Origin: an uncultured delta proteobacterium
Lineage (GTDB): Bacteria > Desulfobacterota > Binatia > UBA9968
Direction of reading: 5' to 3'
Length of the DNA stretch: 64,000 bases
Assembly (NCBI GenBank): GCA_963847445.1
Contig: CAWJZV010000034.1
Location: 64,001-128,000, forward strand
Both the position numbers and the translations under genes were made by a program. The stretch's first letter is position 1, and each line of letters begins with the position of its first letter. This document shows, piece after piece, positions 42,286 to 55,402 of this stretch. Under the pieces are notes generated by a model. That model had not been told where the DNA came from. It did not search any database and saw only the letters and a program-made list of their open reading frames with translations.

Positions 42286-44112
42286 ATGGGAGCCATATAT
42301 GGCATTGTCGGGGAGACGAGTCGCTCCGCGGTTCGTTCCATGGGCGAACGCCTCACGCATCGCGGCGCGGCAGCAGCGGAGTGGACGCTCTCGCCAACGG
42401 TTCATCTGGGGCAGCGGTTCGAGGACGATCAGATAGTTTCATTGAAGCACCACTGCATAGTTTTCGACGGCTTTATCAATAACCTTAACGAGCTTATCAA
42501 GCTTCTGGGTCGAGACCCATCCCGCTGTGGAGGCGGATCCCGTACGAGATTGTCTTTGATATCGTTTGCAAGTTTGGGGTCAAGGGGTTTCAGCTCCTAC
42601 AAGGGCATTTTGCAGTGGCGCTATGGGACGAAAAAAATCACTGCCTCATTCTGGCGCGCGACCGGGTGGGAGAAGCGCCGCTGGTTTATGCGCAACTGCC
42701 GCATTGCTTTCTATTCGCAAGCGAGGTTACAAGGCGCTGTTGGCTATCGATGAATTGCCCGCGCGCGCCAACCGGGATGCCATTCAATATGTGCAATGTA
42801 CGAAGACTGCGCATGTCCACACGTGCTGTCTGGAAGGAGTCTATCAAGTTCCCCCCGGACATTGGCTGAAAGTCGATGGTAGCCGTTTAGAACGCAGCAG
42901 ATATTGGGATATCGCCCTGCCGGTGGCGAAAGCATCGGAACGCATGCAGGTAGTGGCTTTCCGGAAAGCTTTTGACCAGGGCCGTTCCAGAAACAAACCA
43001 CAGGCTATGATGAGATCGGTGTTGCGCTTAGTGGCCTCGATTCCGCAGCGACCCTTGCAGGGTTGCGGCAAACCGCACCATCGCGAGTTGTCCATACCTT
43101 TACGGCAGGTTTCGGGACGGACGATATGGACTTGGTCCTCTGCGCAGAGTTGGCGCGTCATTTCAGAACCATTCATCACGAAATTGTGCTCCGGCCCGAC
43201 GATCTTGGAGGAGATCTTACCTTATTTGGTTTGGCTCATCGGGAGATCCGGTCGGGAAGGGAAGACAAGCCCTTTATCTTTTCGTCACTAATCGTGAGGC
43301 GGCAAAGTATGTCAAACTGTTACTGACCGGATATTATTCCGATTATCTCTTTGGTGGCATGCCCCGTCACAAACTTGTAAAAGCCGCCGCGATGCCGTTG
43401 TTATCGCATCCGATTGAGGAGCTTTTACCGGTTTTTACTCAAACCGGAGAGATGCCCGATTCATTGCTCGGCCGCTCCCTGGTGAGACTGTATTTCCGCG
43501 GCAAGGACTATCCTCCCCCGACTGTCATCGGCGCGAACGGCTTTCCTGCGCTGGATCCCCTGCGTTGCAGCAATGGGCAGCCCTTAAACACGCACCTGCG
43601 GAGTCAGATTTTTTCGAATCCGGGCTTTTCCTCGGGAGAATCTCTATACGCTGCATTTGGCCTTTCCTACAATTCCCCGTTTATGGATCCCTCTGTCATC
43701 CGAGCCGCGTTCGAAATTCCCGATTGCCTGAAGATGCCCGCTTTTAACGGCAAGTACATCCTTCGCAAGGCATTTTCCGGACTGCTTCCGGAATCTATTT
43801 TAAGGCAGAGAAAAACGCTTTCTACGACTAAAGCACGATGAGCGTTTTTCTCGCATTCTGGATTCCTTGGCAGAACGTTTTCTCTCGCTCGACGTCGTGT
43901 CCTCCAGGGGGCTTTTTGAGCGCAGCTACATCGAGCAACTGCGCCGAAAAAGACGCCACCCCTACTCCACCGAGCAGGGATACCGTCTATGGTCGATAAT
44001 CCTAACCGAGATATGGTGTCGCATATATCTGGACCATCGGGGCGTTTCGGCTGAGATGACGGTCAGCTGCAAGTTTGCCGGTTGTTCTTCAGTAGAGGGC
44101 CTGGCAATGTAG
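42286..44112 (+). CDS. Second asparagine synthase-like amide ligase lacking N-terminal Cys (multiple frameshifts)
   Basis: THRG, FDGFINN, ARDRVGEAPL, PPGH, SPFMD, KYILRKA, WCRIY in successive frames. Confidence 0.72.
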
Positions 44113-45297
44113 AGCAGACATAGATCCGGCCGATCCAACCAAGCCCGACGCCATAGATCACTCCGGTAAGTCCCCAGGTGGCGCCAAAAATGGCGCCGGC
44201 GGCGCCCACAAGCACCGATATCCACATTGGTCAGATTTAGGTACATTAATTCGCGTTCACCGCCGAGCGCTGTAGCCGTCGCTTTGCCGATACCGCCGAG
44301 TACCTTTAAGACTCCTGTAACAATCCCGGCCATGGCACTGTCGGAAGAAAGTTCGTACTGTTCAGAAAGAAATGCATGAACAACAAGCGGCGCGAAGGTA
44401 AAGAATCGCAGCCACTTACAAGCAAAATGAGTAAGAGTGCAGCTCATCAGCTCTTGGGTGACGAGCCGGCGCCGCTCGCTTGCTAACATTGTCGTGCAAA
44501 GCTTCGGAAAAAGCGTGTACCCAACGCCCAATTGGAGAACTCGAAATGGTCCGATGACCACCGCGGCTAAAATTCCGAATACGGCCAAGTCTTCGAGCGG
44601 AAGAAGTTTCGGGATGAGGAGCCTTTCCAACTGCAATAGGAGCAACGCTGATGCATTGATTCCCGCATACGGCAAACCCTCGTCCCAGGAAAAACGGAGC
44701 ACACGAATTGTCAGCGAAAGCGCTCTGCTTGAACAGCCCGCCACCAGCCCAAGCTTGCCGCCAGCCGTAACCTACAACCATGAGGCCGATGGGCAATTGG
44801 GGGCTTTGATGACGAAGAAACGCCACAGTTAGCGAGGCAAGCAACAAAAAGGCATTGCAGATATGTGCAATTGACAGCGACCACATGAAACGTTGGGCGT
44901 TTTGAAACTTTGCAGCCGCAACAGTCGTGGCACCTCCGGCGATGGTGCCTGTAAGAAGCCACAGCACAATCGCCGCACTCAGGTCATAAATGAGAGCAGC
45001 GAAAATTACCATGCCCAACCCGACCGCGGCCGATGTAACAAGGGTCCGGGTTAAAAGCCATGGTCCGGAAACGACGGACTTGCGGTTGACCACTCCATCT
45101 ATGCCTGCCGGGGCAACTTCGCGCCCAAGTTCAATAAGGTGATCGCGGAGTGGGCCCGCGCATACTCGAGGATCGGCGGAGTAACGCGCTAACAAAAGAT
45201 TTGCGAATGCGACTGCCAAACTAGAGAAAGCAAAGAATACAGAGTTATAAAAAGTGCTTGATGAAAGAATCGATCTCCATGGAGAGTCCTGATTCAT
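44063..45297 (-). CDS. Polysaccharide flippase-like (Wzx/MOP) membrane protein (frameshifted)
   Basis: Two overlapping hydrophobic ORFs; ANLLLARY near the N-terminus, LERLLIPKLL; context. Confidence 0.6.
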
Positions 45298-45444
45298 CGT
45301 CCTTACCAATGCTAGAAAAACTTTGCTTTAAGTATCAAGAAAGCTAAAGCCGATTCTCAGGGCACTTTTGTTTATTTCTTTGCCTAGCCTAATTCGAGCC
45401 GGTGAAACTCACACTGCCCAAGTCCACGCACGACCGCAGTCGCA

Positions 45445-46560
45445 TATGCGCTGATGTTGTCGATCCTGTTATTGTGGCCGTTTGACTTCCATATGCCTTT
45501 TTCAAAGAATGACGTCAGATGGATCGAGGGAATGAACGGCATAGAGTTCGTCGGACCTGGATCCATTCAGTTTTCGTCATTCGCCAACGCTCTGCACAGC
45601 GCCATTGCTTTCAGGCAATGGCCTGACTGTTGAGGTCTGGGCGGCTACCATGACCAATGACCAAGAGGGTCCCGCGAGGATCGTGTCTTATTCCAAGAAT
45701 ACGCGGTTAAGAAATTTCAGCCTTGGCCAGGCGCACGGTGATCTTGTCATGCGCATGCGAACATCCGAGAGCGACGTAAACGGAACAGATCGCGTTCTAA
45801 TCGGCAAAGGCTTGTTCCGACCAAACGAGCCTCAGCATGTCACGGTCACCTATGATTTCTCTCAACAACAAGTCTATGTCGATGGCGACATGCGCTTGCG
45901 CACGACGATGCCGTCGGGGCAGATTCACAACATGGGATCCGTCGTATTCTTTCGTAGTCGGCAATGAAGCTACCGGGAACCGTCCTTCGTTGGTAGAGCT
46001 ACTTTACTGGCAGTCTACAATAGGGCCTTATCGGATGACGAGATCCGGAGAAATTATGCAGCCGGCAGACTGTTTGCACCGCAATCGAACGGCGCCGGTC
46101 AACGCGTTGAGCGCGGACTGCTTGCGCATTACATATTCACCGAGGGAAAGGGAAAGCAAGTATTTAACCGCGGCGGGCAACTGCCGTCAGCTGATCTCGA
46201 CATCCCCGCACTAATTGAAACTAGCGGCCGATCATATTTGACGAGTCCTTACGCCGAATTTCGCTCGGAATCTCTAACATCACCGGGCCATCGACATTAT
46301 CGGGAACATACTTGTTTTCATCCCGTTGGGACTACTTCCTATATGAGGCGCTAAGAGGGTGCCGCCGGTCACCGCGTCAAGGAATACCGTCAGCTATCGC
46401 AGCCGAATTCTGTTCACGATCGTCATGGAATCATTGCAGTATTTTTCCCAGACTAGATATTCTTCAATGACCGACGTCATCGCCAACGCAATTGGCACGA
46501 TTTTGGGCGTGAGCATCGATACGCGCGCGGCCTGCGGCGACAATAACAGCAACATGAACG
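45445..46560 (+). CDS. LamG-like domain + VanZ membrane protein (multiple frameshifts; ends approximate)
   Basis: LLWPFDF, TVEVW..QEGPARIVSYS..RNFSLGQ..L.MR.RT, HVTVTYD; DIIGNILVFIPLG and ESLQYF..R.SS..DVIANAIG. Confidence 0.65.
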
Positions 46561-46669
46561 GCAATATCTGGGGCTTTGTCTTTGACGCTAAAGTTTCACA
46601 AGAGTTCACTTTAGGCTGCTTTACGTCAGTGTAGCGACTGCGGATATTGCTCTTTTCGCCGCCTACTTC

Positions 46670-47955
46670 TTGCTTCGAACCCAGTCGTTTAGGCCTCTCG
46701 ATTTCATTCGGGTGCAGCTGGACCTCAGACATGAGAATGTTGCAGCCGTATGGTACTCAGGCGTAATTTTATTTTTAACCAGTATCGCCTCGCTTCTCTG
46801 TTTTCATGTAGATTCTAGAAGCGGGTCGTCCCTGAAATTCGGAAACATGTTGCGTTACGGTTGGCTTGTCATCGCGCTCACGTTCGCGGGATTCTCATTT
46901 GACGAGATCGGTTCGATACATGAGCGCTCGGACTTGATAGTGTCTGGAGCATCGTACACTCTGGGACTAGCCGGATGGGTTGGTGTGCTGTGGCCACTCA
47001 TGGCGCTCGTTTTTTCCTATTATGTCCTATTCTTTTATTTTTATCTTTCTCGTTCAAGGATTTCTCAGGTTATGGCCCTAATAGGCGGTGGGCTTCTAAT
47101 ATCCGTTCCAGTTCAGGAGTTTTTGGAATCAAAAATGCGATTGGGAGGGCAAACGCGGGGAACTCTTCTGGGTGTGTTAGAAGAAGGGTCAGAGATCATT
47201 GGTACTACACTTATTCTTATATCCTTCTTGGAGTTCGCCATTATGAGCAGCCGCCTGGCATCCGCGAAAGGATCTGTTTCTCCGGTTCCAGGTAACTTGA
47301 TTCAGATTAGAATCAGCGATCAATTCGTTAAACTGACATATTCCTTAGTTATGTTGTCGGCTATAACATCTCTAGCCATGGCATGGTTTTTAGTTCCGCA
47401 TTTAAGAGATTTACATCACCGAGGCAATCCAAGTGTATGGCACCCCAGCCTAGCCTTATTTGTTGCCGGCGTTGTAGCCTTCATCAATTTTTCGTTGGAA
47501 TGTAGGAACAAAAACAGGCTGCGTGGGTACTCGTTCAAATGGACGTGGGTGCTTGTGGGCGTAGTTTGTTTATGGTTCTCGGTCGACTTTGAATCTGGCA
47601 TTAACACCAGGATCTATACCGCTATAAAATCTATTTCAGATCTTTTTTTGTCTCGGCTCGAGGCGGAGAGACATTACTTTCGGTAACTATCGTTGCTATG
47701 GGTTTAGCTGCTTTTCTTGCTGTTGCCGGCATCAGGGTCAATCGTTCAAGTCGATGGTTATTTTGCCTCGGTGTCTTATCGTGGGCTGGAGTTTTTGCTA
47801 CTAGCTCATGGGAGATCAAAGAGGCGCTAAAGATTTTGAGTCCTTCATTATTTCTAGTATCCTTCATCGAGTCCATGAAAAATCTTTGCGGTCCGGTTTC
47901 TAATAAAAGTTCTTGCGCGGTTTTAAAGTCGAATTTGCTTCGCACCTCGAGTTGA
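46670..47955 (+). CDS. Hypothetical polytopic membrane protein (frameshifted; start uncertain)
   Basis: ENVAAVWYSG, SFDEIGSIHE, EEGSEIIG motifs; many TM segments; visibly AT-richer DNA. Confidence 0.6.
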
Positions 47956-47960
47956 CGCAA

Positions 47961-48563
47961 ATGGCTACTTCATTGGGGCATTACCTGTTGGGCCTTTCGA
48001 TCACGCAGGGTTCGGCTTCTGACAATGCGGAAAAAAGCAGGGGGCCGTGGTTGGCCTTGATTGCTTGCGTGCCTGATCTCGATGTCATTCCGGGCCTCTT
48101 TGTCGGCAAACTGGGCCAGTTCCATCATGGCATCACCCACAGCTTCGCTGCCGCGGTGATATTTTCGGTGTTCACATGGCTCTTGTTCAGGCCTCGCGGC
48201 GAAAGGTCTCTGAAGCTAGGTATTCTCGTCTTTTTTCTTTACGCGTCCCATGTCGTCCTGGACTATTTCACTGTGGATAAGGGGGCTCCGTATGGAATTC
48301 CACTCTACTGGCCGGTATCTCACGAGACCTACCAGTCGCCCTGGCCTTTGCTGCCGCATGTGCAACACACGCGCGCCCCTCTTTTCAGCGCGCACAACCT
48401 TTTGCTGATGGTCCGAGAGGGTATAATCTTTCTTCCTCTAATTGGATTCATCCGCGCATTGAAGCATTCTCAAGCCGCTTGGCCAGGACGACGAGCGTGG
48501 CTCTACGGCGGGTGGTTTGTCTTTGCGGTCTGGGCTTCAGTTTTCTCTCTTCATGAGGGGTAG
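47961..48563 (+). CDS. Membrane-bound metal-dependent hydrolase (YdjM/DUF457-like)
   Basis: GH, PDLD, HHGITHS, SHVVLD, GIPLYWP. Confidence 0.8.
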   Translation: MATSLGHYLLGLSITQGSASDNAEKSRGPWLALIACVPDLDVIPGLFVGKLGQFHHGITHSFAAAVIFSVFTWLLFRPRGERSLKLGILVFFLYASHVVLDYFTVDKGAPYGIPLYWPVSHETYQSPWPLLPHVQHTRAPLFSAHNLLLMVREGIIFLPLIGFIRALKHSQAAWPGRRAWLYGGWFVFAVWASVFSLHEG

Positions 48564-48659
48564 CTCCAATCGGCCTGAGGTTTTATTTGAAGGGGCATCG
48601 TTAGAACTGTTGGCTATCTCCTGGAAGAATGCCAGCCGGCTCAGAAATGTATCGCTTAA

Positions 48660-50471
<1,812 letters not shown>

Positions 50472-50895
50472 ACTAGGCCGGATTAGGATGCTACGAGGAA
50501 ACCTGACGACACTCTGTTGATCGAGGTGTGGCCCCATAGAACTAAAACGTCGAACGAAGGCACCGGCGCAAATGTTTCATTTTGTACGCGGCGCTCGGCG
50601 CGATGTTTGACCTTTTCGCTGGTGATCTCGTCAGCAACCCGTCCCGATTACATCTTCAAGGCGGAACTGTTTTGCCTTCGTTCCGGAAGGTTGGTAGCTC
50701 TATCCCAATCTTACCGCGAATAATCCGGGCCACCAAGATGGTTGGGACCCGGTGCTCGTCCTCTCAAAACTTCTTAGCCTCTCCTACCGCTTTGCGAGCC
50801 AAGGTGACCGGCCATTCGATTGGCTAAGCATTCTTTCATCGGCGCCGGCGGCGATTCAATCTGTTACGATTCATTAAGGACGTAGGAAAAGTATC

Positions 50896-51687
50896 ATGGA
50901 AGAAGCAGGGCTTCTTTTTATTGTTCTTCTTGTCGGCGCAGGGGGACAACTTCTCGACGGCACGCTGGGAATGGGATTCGGAGTTTTCTCCGCCTCCGCA
51001 CTGCTCGCGGCCGGGTACCCGCCGGTTACGGTGGTCGCCACAGTAAACGCAGCGAAGCTTTTGACCGGCATCTTTTCCGGCATCGCCCACTGGAAGGCCG
51101 GCAACGTCCGCCGGGATTGGCTGCTGCCTCTTATCATACCTGGAGTCGTGGGAGGGGTGTTAGGTGCGTATCTGCTGGGTTCTTTGCCGCAGGAGAAATT
51201 TCGTTTCTGGATGGCTGTGGTGTTGTTGGGTATGGGCATTCTCATTCTATGCCGGACTCTTTTCCCCGCCATCTTTTCGGTCGGATCCGCTTCGGCTGGT
51301 GAGTCTCCCAGACGCTTATCCCGCCGCTTTTATCTCGGTCTAGTAGGTTTCGCCGCAGGGGCGCTCAATGCCATCAGCGGCGCTTATGGCCCCTTCGCCA
51401 CTTCGGGCGTGATGCTGATCGGCAAAGCAAAGCCCGCACGCGCCATTGGCACAGCCAACATGGCGGAGATATTTGTGGCAGGAGCCGTGATTTCCAGCTT
51501 TCTTTCCGCGCGAGGGCTGCAAACCGTATCCTGGGATTTGGCCATTGCCTTGGATTTGGGCGGGGCGTTGACCGCCCCACTGGCAGCTTATGCTTGCACG
51601 CGGCTTCCTTCCAGGGCGCTGCAGGTCGGAGTTGGGCTAGCTTTGATCAGTCTTAACGTGAAAGTGGTCATCGCCCAGTTCGGATGA
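50896..51687 (+). CDS. TauE/SafE-family (sulfite/anion) transporter
   Basis: DGTLGMGFG, PGVVGGVLGAYL, AIGT, APLAA; ~8 TM. Confidence 0.85.
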   Translation: MEEAGLLFIVLLVGAGGQLLDGTLGMGFGVFSASALLAAGYPPVTVVATVNAAKLLTGIFSGIAHWKAGNVRRDWLLPLIIPGVVGGVLGAYLLGSLPQEKFRFWMAVVLLGMGILILCRTLFPAIFSVGSASAGESPRRLSRRFYLGLVGFAAGALNAISGAYGPFATSGVMLIGKAKPARAIGTANMAEIFVAGAVISSFLSARGLQTVSWDLAIALDLGGALTAPLAAYACTRLPSRALQVGVGLALISLNVKVVIAQFG

Positions 51688-51736
51688 TGCTCTTCCGGCT
51701 CCGCGAAATTTAATTTACCGACACGAGGTGCGAATT

Positions 51737-51768
51737 TTGCGAATCTTTGTAAGTGTAAAGATGCGCAA
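51737..51768. promoter_or_regulatory. Inverted repeat downstream of tauE (terminator or operator)
   Basis: TTGCG-A-ATCTTT-N8-AAAGAT-G-CGCAA. Confidence 0.3.
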
Positions 51769-51861
51769 TGCCAGCGCGCGTCGATCGCCGGCTGGCCTGC
51801 CACTCGACCGCCTCTGCTCCATTGTTCTCTTTTATGTTTTCAAACGATAGGAGTTGCTATC

Positions 51862-52182
51862 ATGCTCAAGAAAAGGACCGATACCGGGAGCTTAACCAAC
51901 ACAAATCCTCGCGATCCCAATGTCCGGCTCATGGAACCTTCACTCAGGCCACCAGCCACGGCTGCAGAGCGCTTGGCCGTGGCGGCGCTGAGGCAAGGAA
52001 GCACGACTTCTTTGAGTTCACTTGTAAACCATGTTGCCCGTGAGCTCTATAATCAAGAGGTAGCCAACGGCGCCTGGGCCCTGGATATCGGTATCTTTGG
52101 GCCTGATCTCTTTGCCCCAGACGTTGCCTTAGAACTTAGGGCCGGGAATCGCATACTGTGGGATATCGAAAATTCAGTGTGA
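51862..52182 (+). CDS. Hypothetical protein
   Basis: AGGAG SD at ~51849, ATG start, 106 aa with protein-like composition. Confidence 0.55.
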   Translation: MLKKRTDTGSLTNTNPRDPNVRLMEPSLRPPATAAERLAVAALRQGSTTSLSSLVNHVARELYNQEVANGAWALDIGIFGPDLFAPDVALELRAGNRILWDIENSV

Positions 52183-52992
52183 TAGTCGTCGGCGGATCTC
52201 TCCTTGCGGCCAAATCGGTCTCTTTTTTACCAAAGCATATAAATTTTCCGGCAATGAGATTGGCGTGTTTCTCTTTACAGCCGGTGCAATACTTGGCCAC
52301 ATAAATATGCATTGGTTTTACCACAACCTCCACTGTCAGTTGGCACGCGTCTTTGCAAATCCGTAGGTTGTCCAACGCTGCGATCCGACCAATAGATATC
52401 TGGGTCGACGGCTCTCGGGCCATCCGGGCAAGCCCGTAAACGTATAAGTTCTCCTACTCAGCTAAGGGATTTTTATTTTGTGAATGTCAATCGGAACCAA
52501 ATAGTCGCATTAGCGAAAGGCTGAAAGTAGTTGTTAGATGAGTCGGCCCTTGTCCCACTCGGCAGATCAAGCTGGTGATTTTCATATGATTTCTAGTAGG
52601 AGGTTAAACATGGAAGCGTTCATTTGAAGTTGCCCAATAAATTGCATTCGCGCCGTCGCTGCATATTGTCGTGCTTTTTTTTCCAATCCCACTTGCTCTA
52701 TTTCTCTCGTCCCCGCCACCCCTCCCCCAGATACGATCGGCCAGTCCGTGTCGGTTGTTGACAACCGATCGTCATTCGAATACGTAATTTCCCAGATCCA
52801 GTACTAAGTGCCTAGTATCGCATAACTGGCATACGTTTTTGTTTTTTGATTGAGTTTCTACGGTTTTAAGTTAAATCTTCACAAGCGGAGCTGCGTTGCT
52901 TCGAAGGATAGTCAGGATTTAACGGTGTCGACAATATTTGATCATTTTGAACTTTCAGCGCATATGCGTCGCTATCATGATTCCACCCATCA

Positions 52993-54503
52993 ATGACTAA
53001 ATTGACTCAACAAAACACTACGCAAATGCCCCTCGATGAGCCGTGCTCGCCGCGAATTCTACTCATCAATTCTGACACAATGGTTTGTGCAGCAACTACA
53101 GCGCCTTTTATTCTCAATGCGCGTATTCGGTATCTGTGATGCAGTCGGGTCAAGACGCGCTCGAGAAAATAGCCGATGGCTCAACGGATCTTGTGGTGAC
53201 GGACCTTCATGTGCCAGACCTCGATGGAATGAAATTCGTCGAGCGGATACGAAGGTTGCACGCTGACGTTCCAGTAATCGTGCTTACCCGGGAGAAAGAT
53301 ATTGAATTGGCGGTCAAGGCACTAAAGCTCGGCGTCAGCGATTACATCAGCATGCCGTTTAGCGCTGATGCGGTGCAAGAGTCTACGCGTTCAGCATTGG
53401 AGAAAGCTCATGTATTCACTGAGCTCAGACATATGCGGCGCGGTTTCGCAGAAAGCTTCGAATTCGTCGGTATGCTCAGCAAAACTCCTGAAATGTACCG
53501 TGTCTTTGAAACCATCCGGATGGTTTCAAACATGGATGTGACGGTGCTCGTGGAGGGTGAAACCGGAACTGGAAAGGAGCTTGTCGCAAAGGCGATTCAT
53601 GATCGAAGCGCGCGGCGCGAGGGGAAATTCGTGACGATCAATTGTGCGGGTGTGCCCGACGCGCTTCTCGAGAGCGAACTTTTCGGGTTCGAGAGAGGAG
53701 CCTTCACCGGCGCAGACCACTCGAGGGAGGGAATGATCGAGTTGGCCCATGGGGGCACTCTTTTCCTGGATGAAATAGAAAGCATGTCGCTATCGATGCA
53801 GGCAAAGCTTCTCCACGTCCTCGAGGATCGGAAGGTCCAACGGCTGGGTGGGAATCGGAAGTATGATATCGATATGCGGGTGATTGCCGCAACCAATGTT
53901 CCAGCCAAGGAGCTTGTTGCCGAACGAAAGATGCGGAATGATTTTTATTATCGCATCAATGTGGTTTCGATTCAGCTCATGCCGCTGCGACAGCGGCGAG
54001 CCGACATCCCGTTGCTGGTGCAGAATTTCCTACGAAAGCACCCCTTTGCGGCGCAAAAAGGAATTACGGAAATCTCTCGGCAAGCAATGAGCCAGCTCAT
54101 GCATCATTCGTGGCCCGGCAATGTTCGCGAACTGCAGAACGTGCTCGAGAAAGCCGTGGTCCTGGCTGTTTTACCGGTAATAGACAAGGTTGATATTTTG
54201 GATGAGCCTCCACCGCCTGGGATAAATCGAGCAAGCAAATCAACCGGCATAACCTTCGCGCAGTGGATCAGAGAACAAGAAAAGGCATACTTAGTCAAAC
54301 AACTCGAGGCTTTTCACGGGAGCATTGATCGGGCGGCGGCTAACTCCGGCATTTGTGTGAGAACGCTTTTTCGCAAAATGCGTCTTTACGGTCTTGATAA
54401 AAAACAGTTTCGACCCCAGGCGCCGGAAATTTCCTTGCCGCCGGAGGTGAGTTCTGTGATTGAAAACAAGGTCAGCGCAACAAACCCCCATTTCCGCCAT
54501 TAG
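52993..54503 (+). CDS. Sigma-54-dependent NtrC-family activator (receiver-AAA+-HTH); N-terminal frameshifts, start approximate
   Basis: DLVVTD receiver, GETGTGKE, ESELFG..GAFTGA, LFLDEI, WPGNVREL, C-terminal Fis-like HTH. Confidence 0.92.
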
Positions 54504-54910
54504 CTCACGACTAAATGGCCGGCTAGTTCTCAACGATTCCGGCACTCCCACCTGTCATCATCGGTTTCACTTGTGATACAGCGATTGGGTCAGCGCATGC
54601 CTCGCCAAGCCTTCTTTGATCGTCGTTTACCGCTGGATATCTTTGTAACATTTCAACTTTCTGCCCCCAGGTGAAGAACCCGCCACACTTTCCCCTCCTG
54701 CAGGCTCGCGCGCAGAACGCGTTTAATGACCGGGGTGTCTGATCATTTGTGCGCGTCTTGCGGTGTGTGTGCGCATTTTATAAGCGGCTCGATCAGCTAA
54801 CCGCGGACGCAAGGATTCGTTGCACGCGAGGGTCACGCAGGCAAGGAACATGCAGCCTGATGATTTTAGACCGCCTGGAGGTTTTAAGAGATTGTCTTTA
54901 TCAATCAGCG

Positions 54911-54985
54911 TGGTGCGCCCGACAGGAATTGAACCTGTACTTAGGGTTTCGGAGACCCTCGTGATATCCATTTCACTACGGGCGC
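54911..54985 (-). tRNA. tRNA-Arg (CCG)
   Basis: GCGCCCG acceptor stem, AGGGT-CTCCGAA-ACCCT anticodon arm, GGTTCAATTCC T-arm, encoded CCA. Confidence 0.95.
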
Positions 54986-55015
54986 GTGGCAAATTTTCTA
55001 TCACCGGGTTGGCGA

Positions 55016-55325
55016 TCAGTCAACGTGCTTGGTCTCTATGGCCGCGGTGATGGGATGCATTGGCTCATCAATCAGCGGATTGCCCGCTAAAGTTCCTCGG
55101 CCTCTGATGTCGAATGGCTCGCTGCGAAAGTCGCTGAGTTCGCCGCCCGCCTCGGCGACGATCAAACTTGCCGCCGCAACCTCCCAGGGTTTCAGTTTCA
55201 GCTCCCCATAGCCGTCGATGCGGCGACATGCGACGTAGCATAGGTCCAGGGCGGCTGCGCCATTGCGCCTGATGCCCTGGCTGCAGGTCAAGAAAGCTTC
55301 GAGGCAGCTTAGATAATGGTTCGCA
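55016..55325 (-). pseudogene. suhB: C-terminal remnant of inositol monophosphatase
   Basis: GIRRNGAAALDLCYVACRRIDGY..LKPWEVAAASLIVAEAGG; no room for the N-terminal half before ispE; conserved W-D changed to W-E. Confidence 0.8.
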
Positions 55326-55402
55326 TGAGAAATGCGCTGGGTCTTGCGTCATGGGTTGCTGGACTTTCGCAATTATCCAGCGGCTATGTTAGCTAATGGC
55401 GC

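Noticed and set aside
40477-44112. RiPP/lasso-peptide or antibiotic cluster suggested by carbamoyltransferase plus AsnB-like gene
   Set aside because: No precursor peptide, B protein, NRPS or PKS; genes are co-oriented with GTs and epimerases, which fits glycan modification
642-46700. Programmed frameshifting or phase variation in the many split genes
   Set aside because: The same kind of indels break prs and rplY, so assembly error is the simpler explanation
52341-52357. TGGCACGCGTCTTTGCA as a sigma-54 promoter
   Set aside because: GG-to-GC spacing is 11 rather than the required 10; only valid if the T-run is a sequencing error, so not listed as a feature
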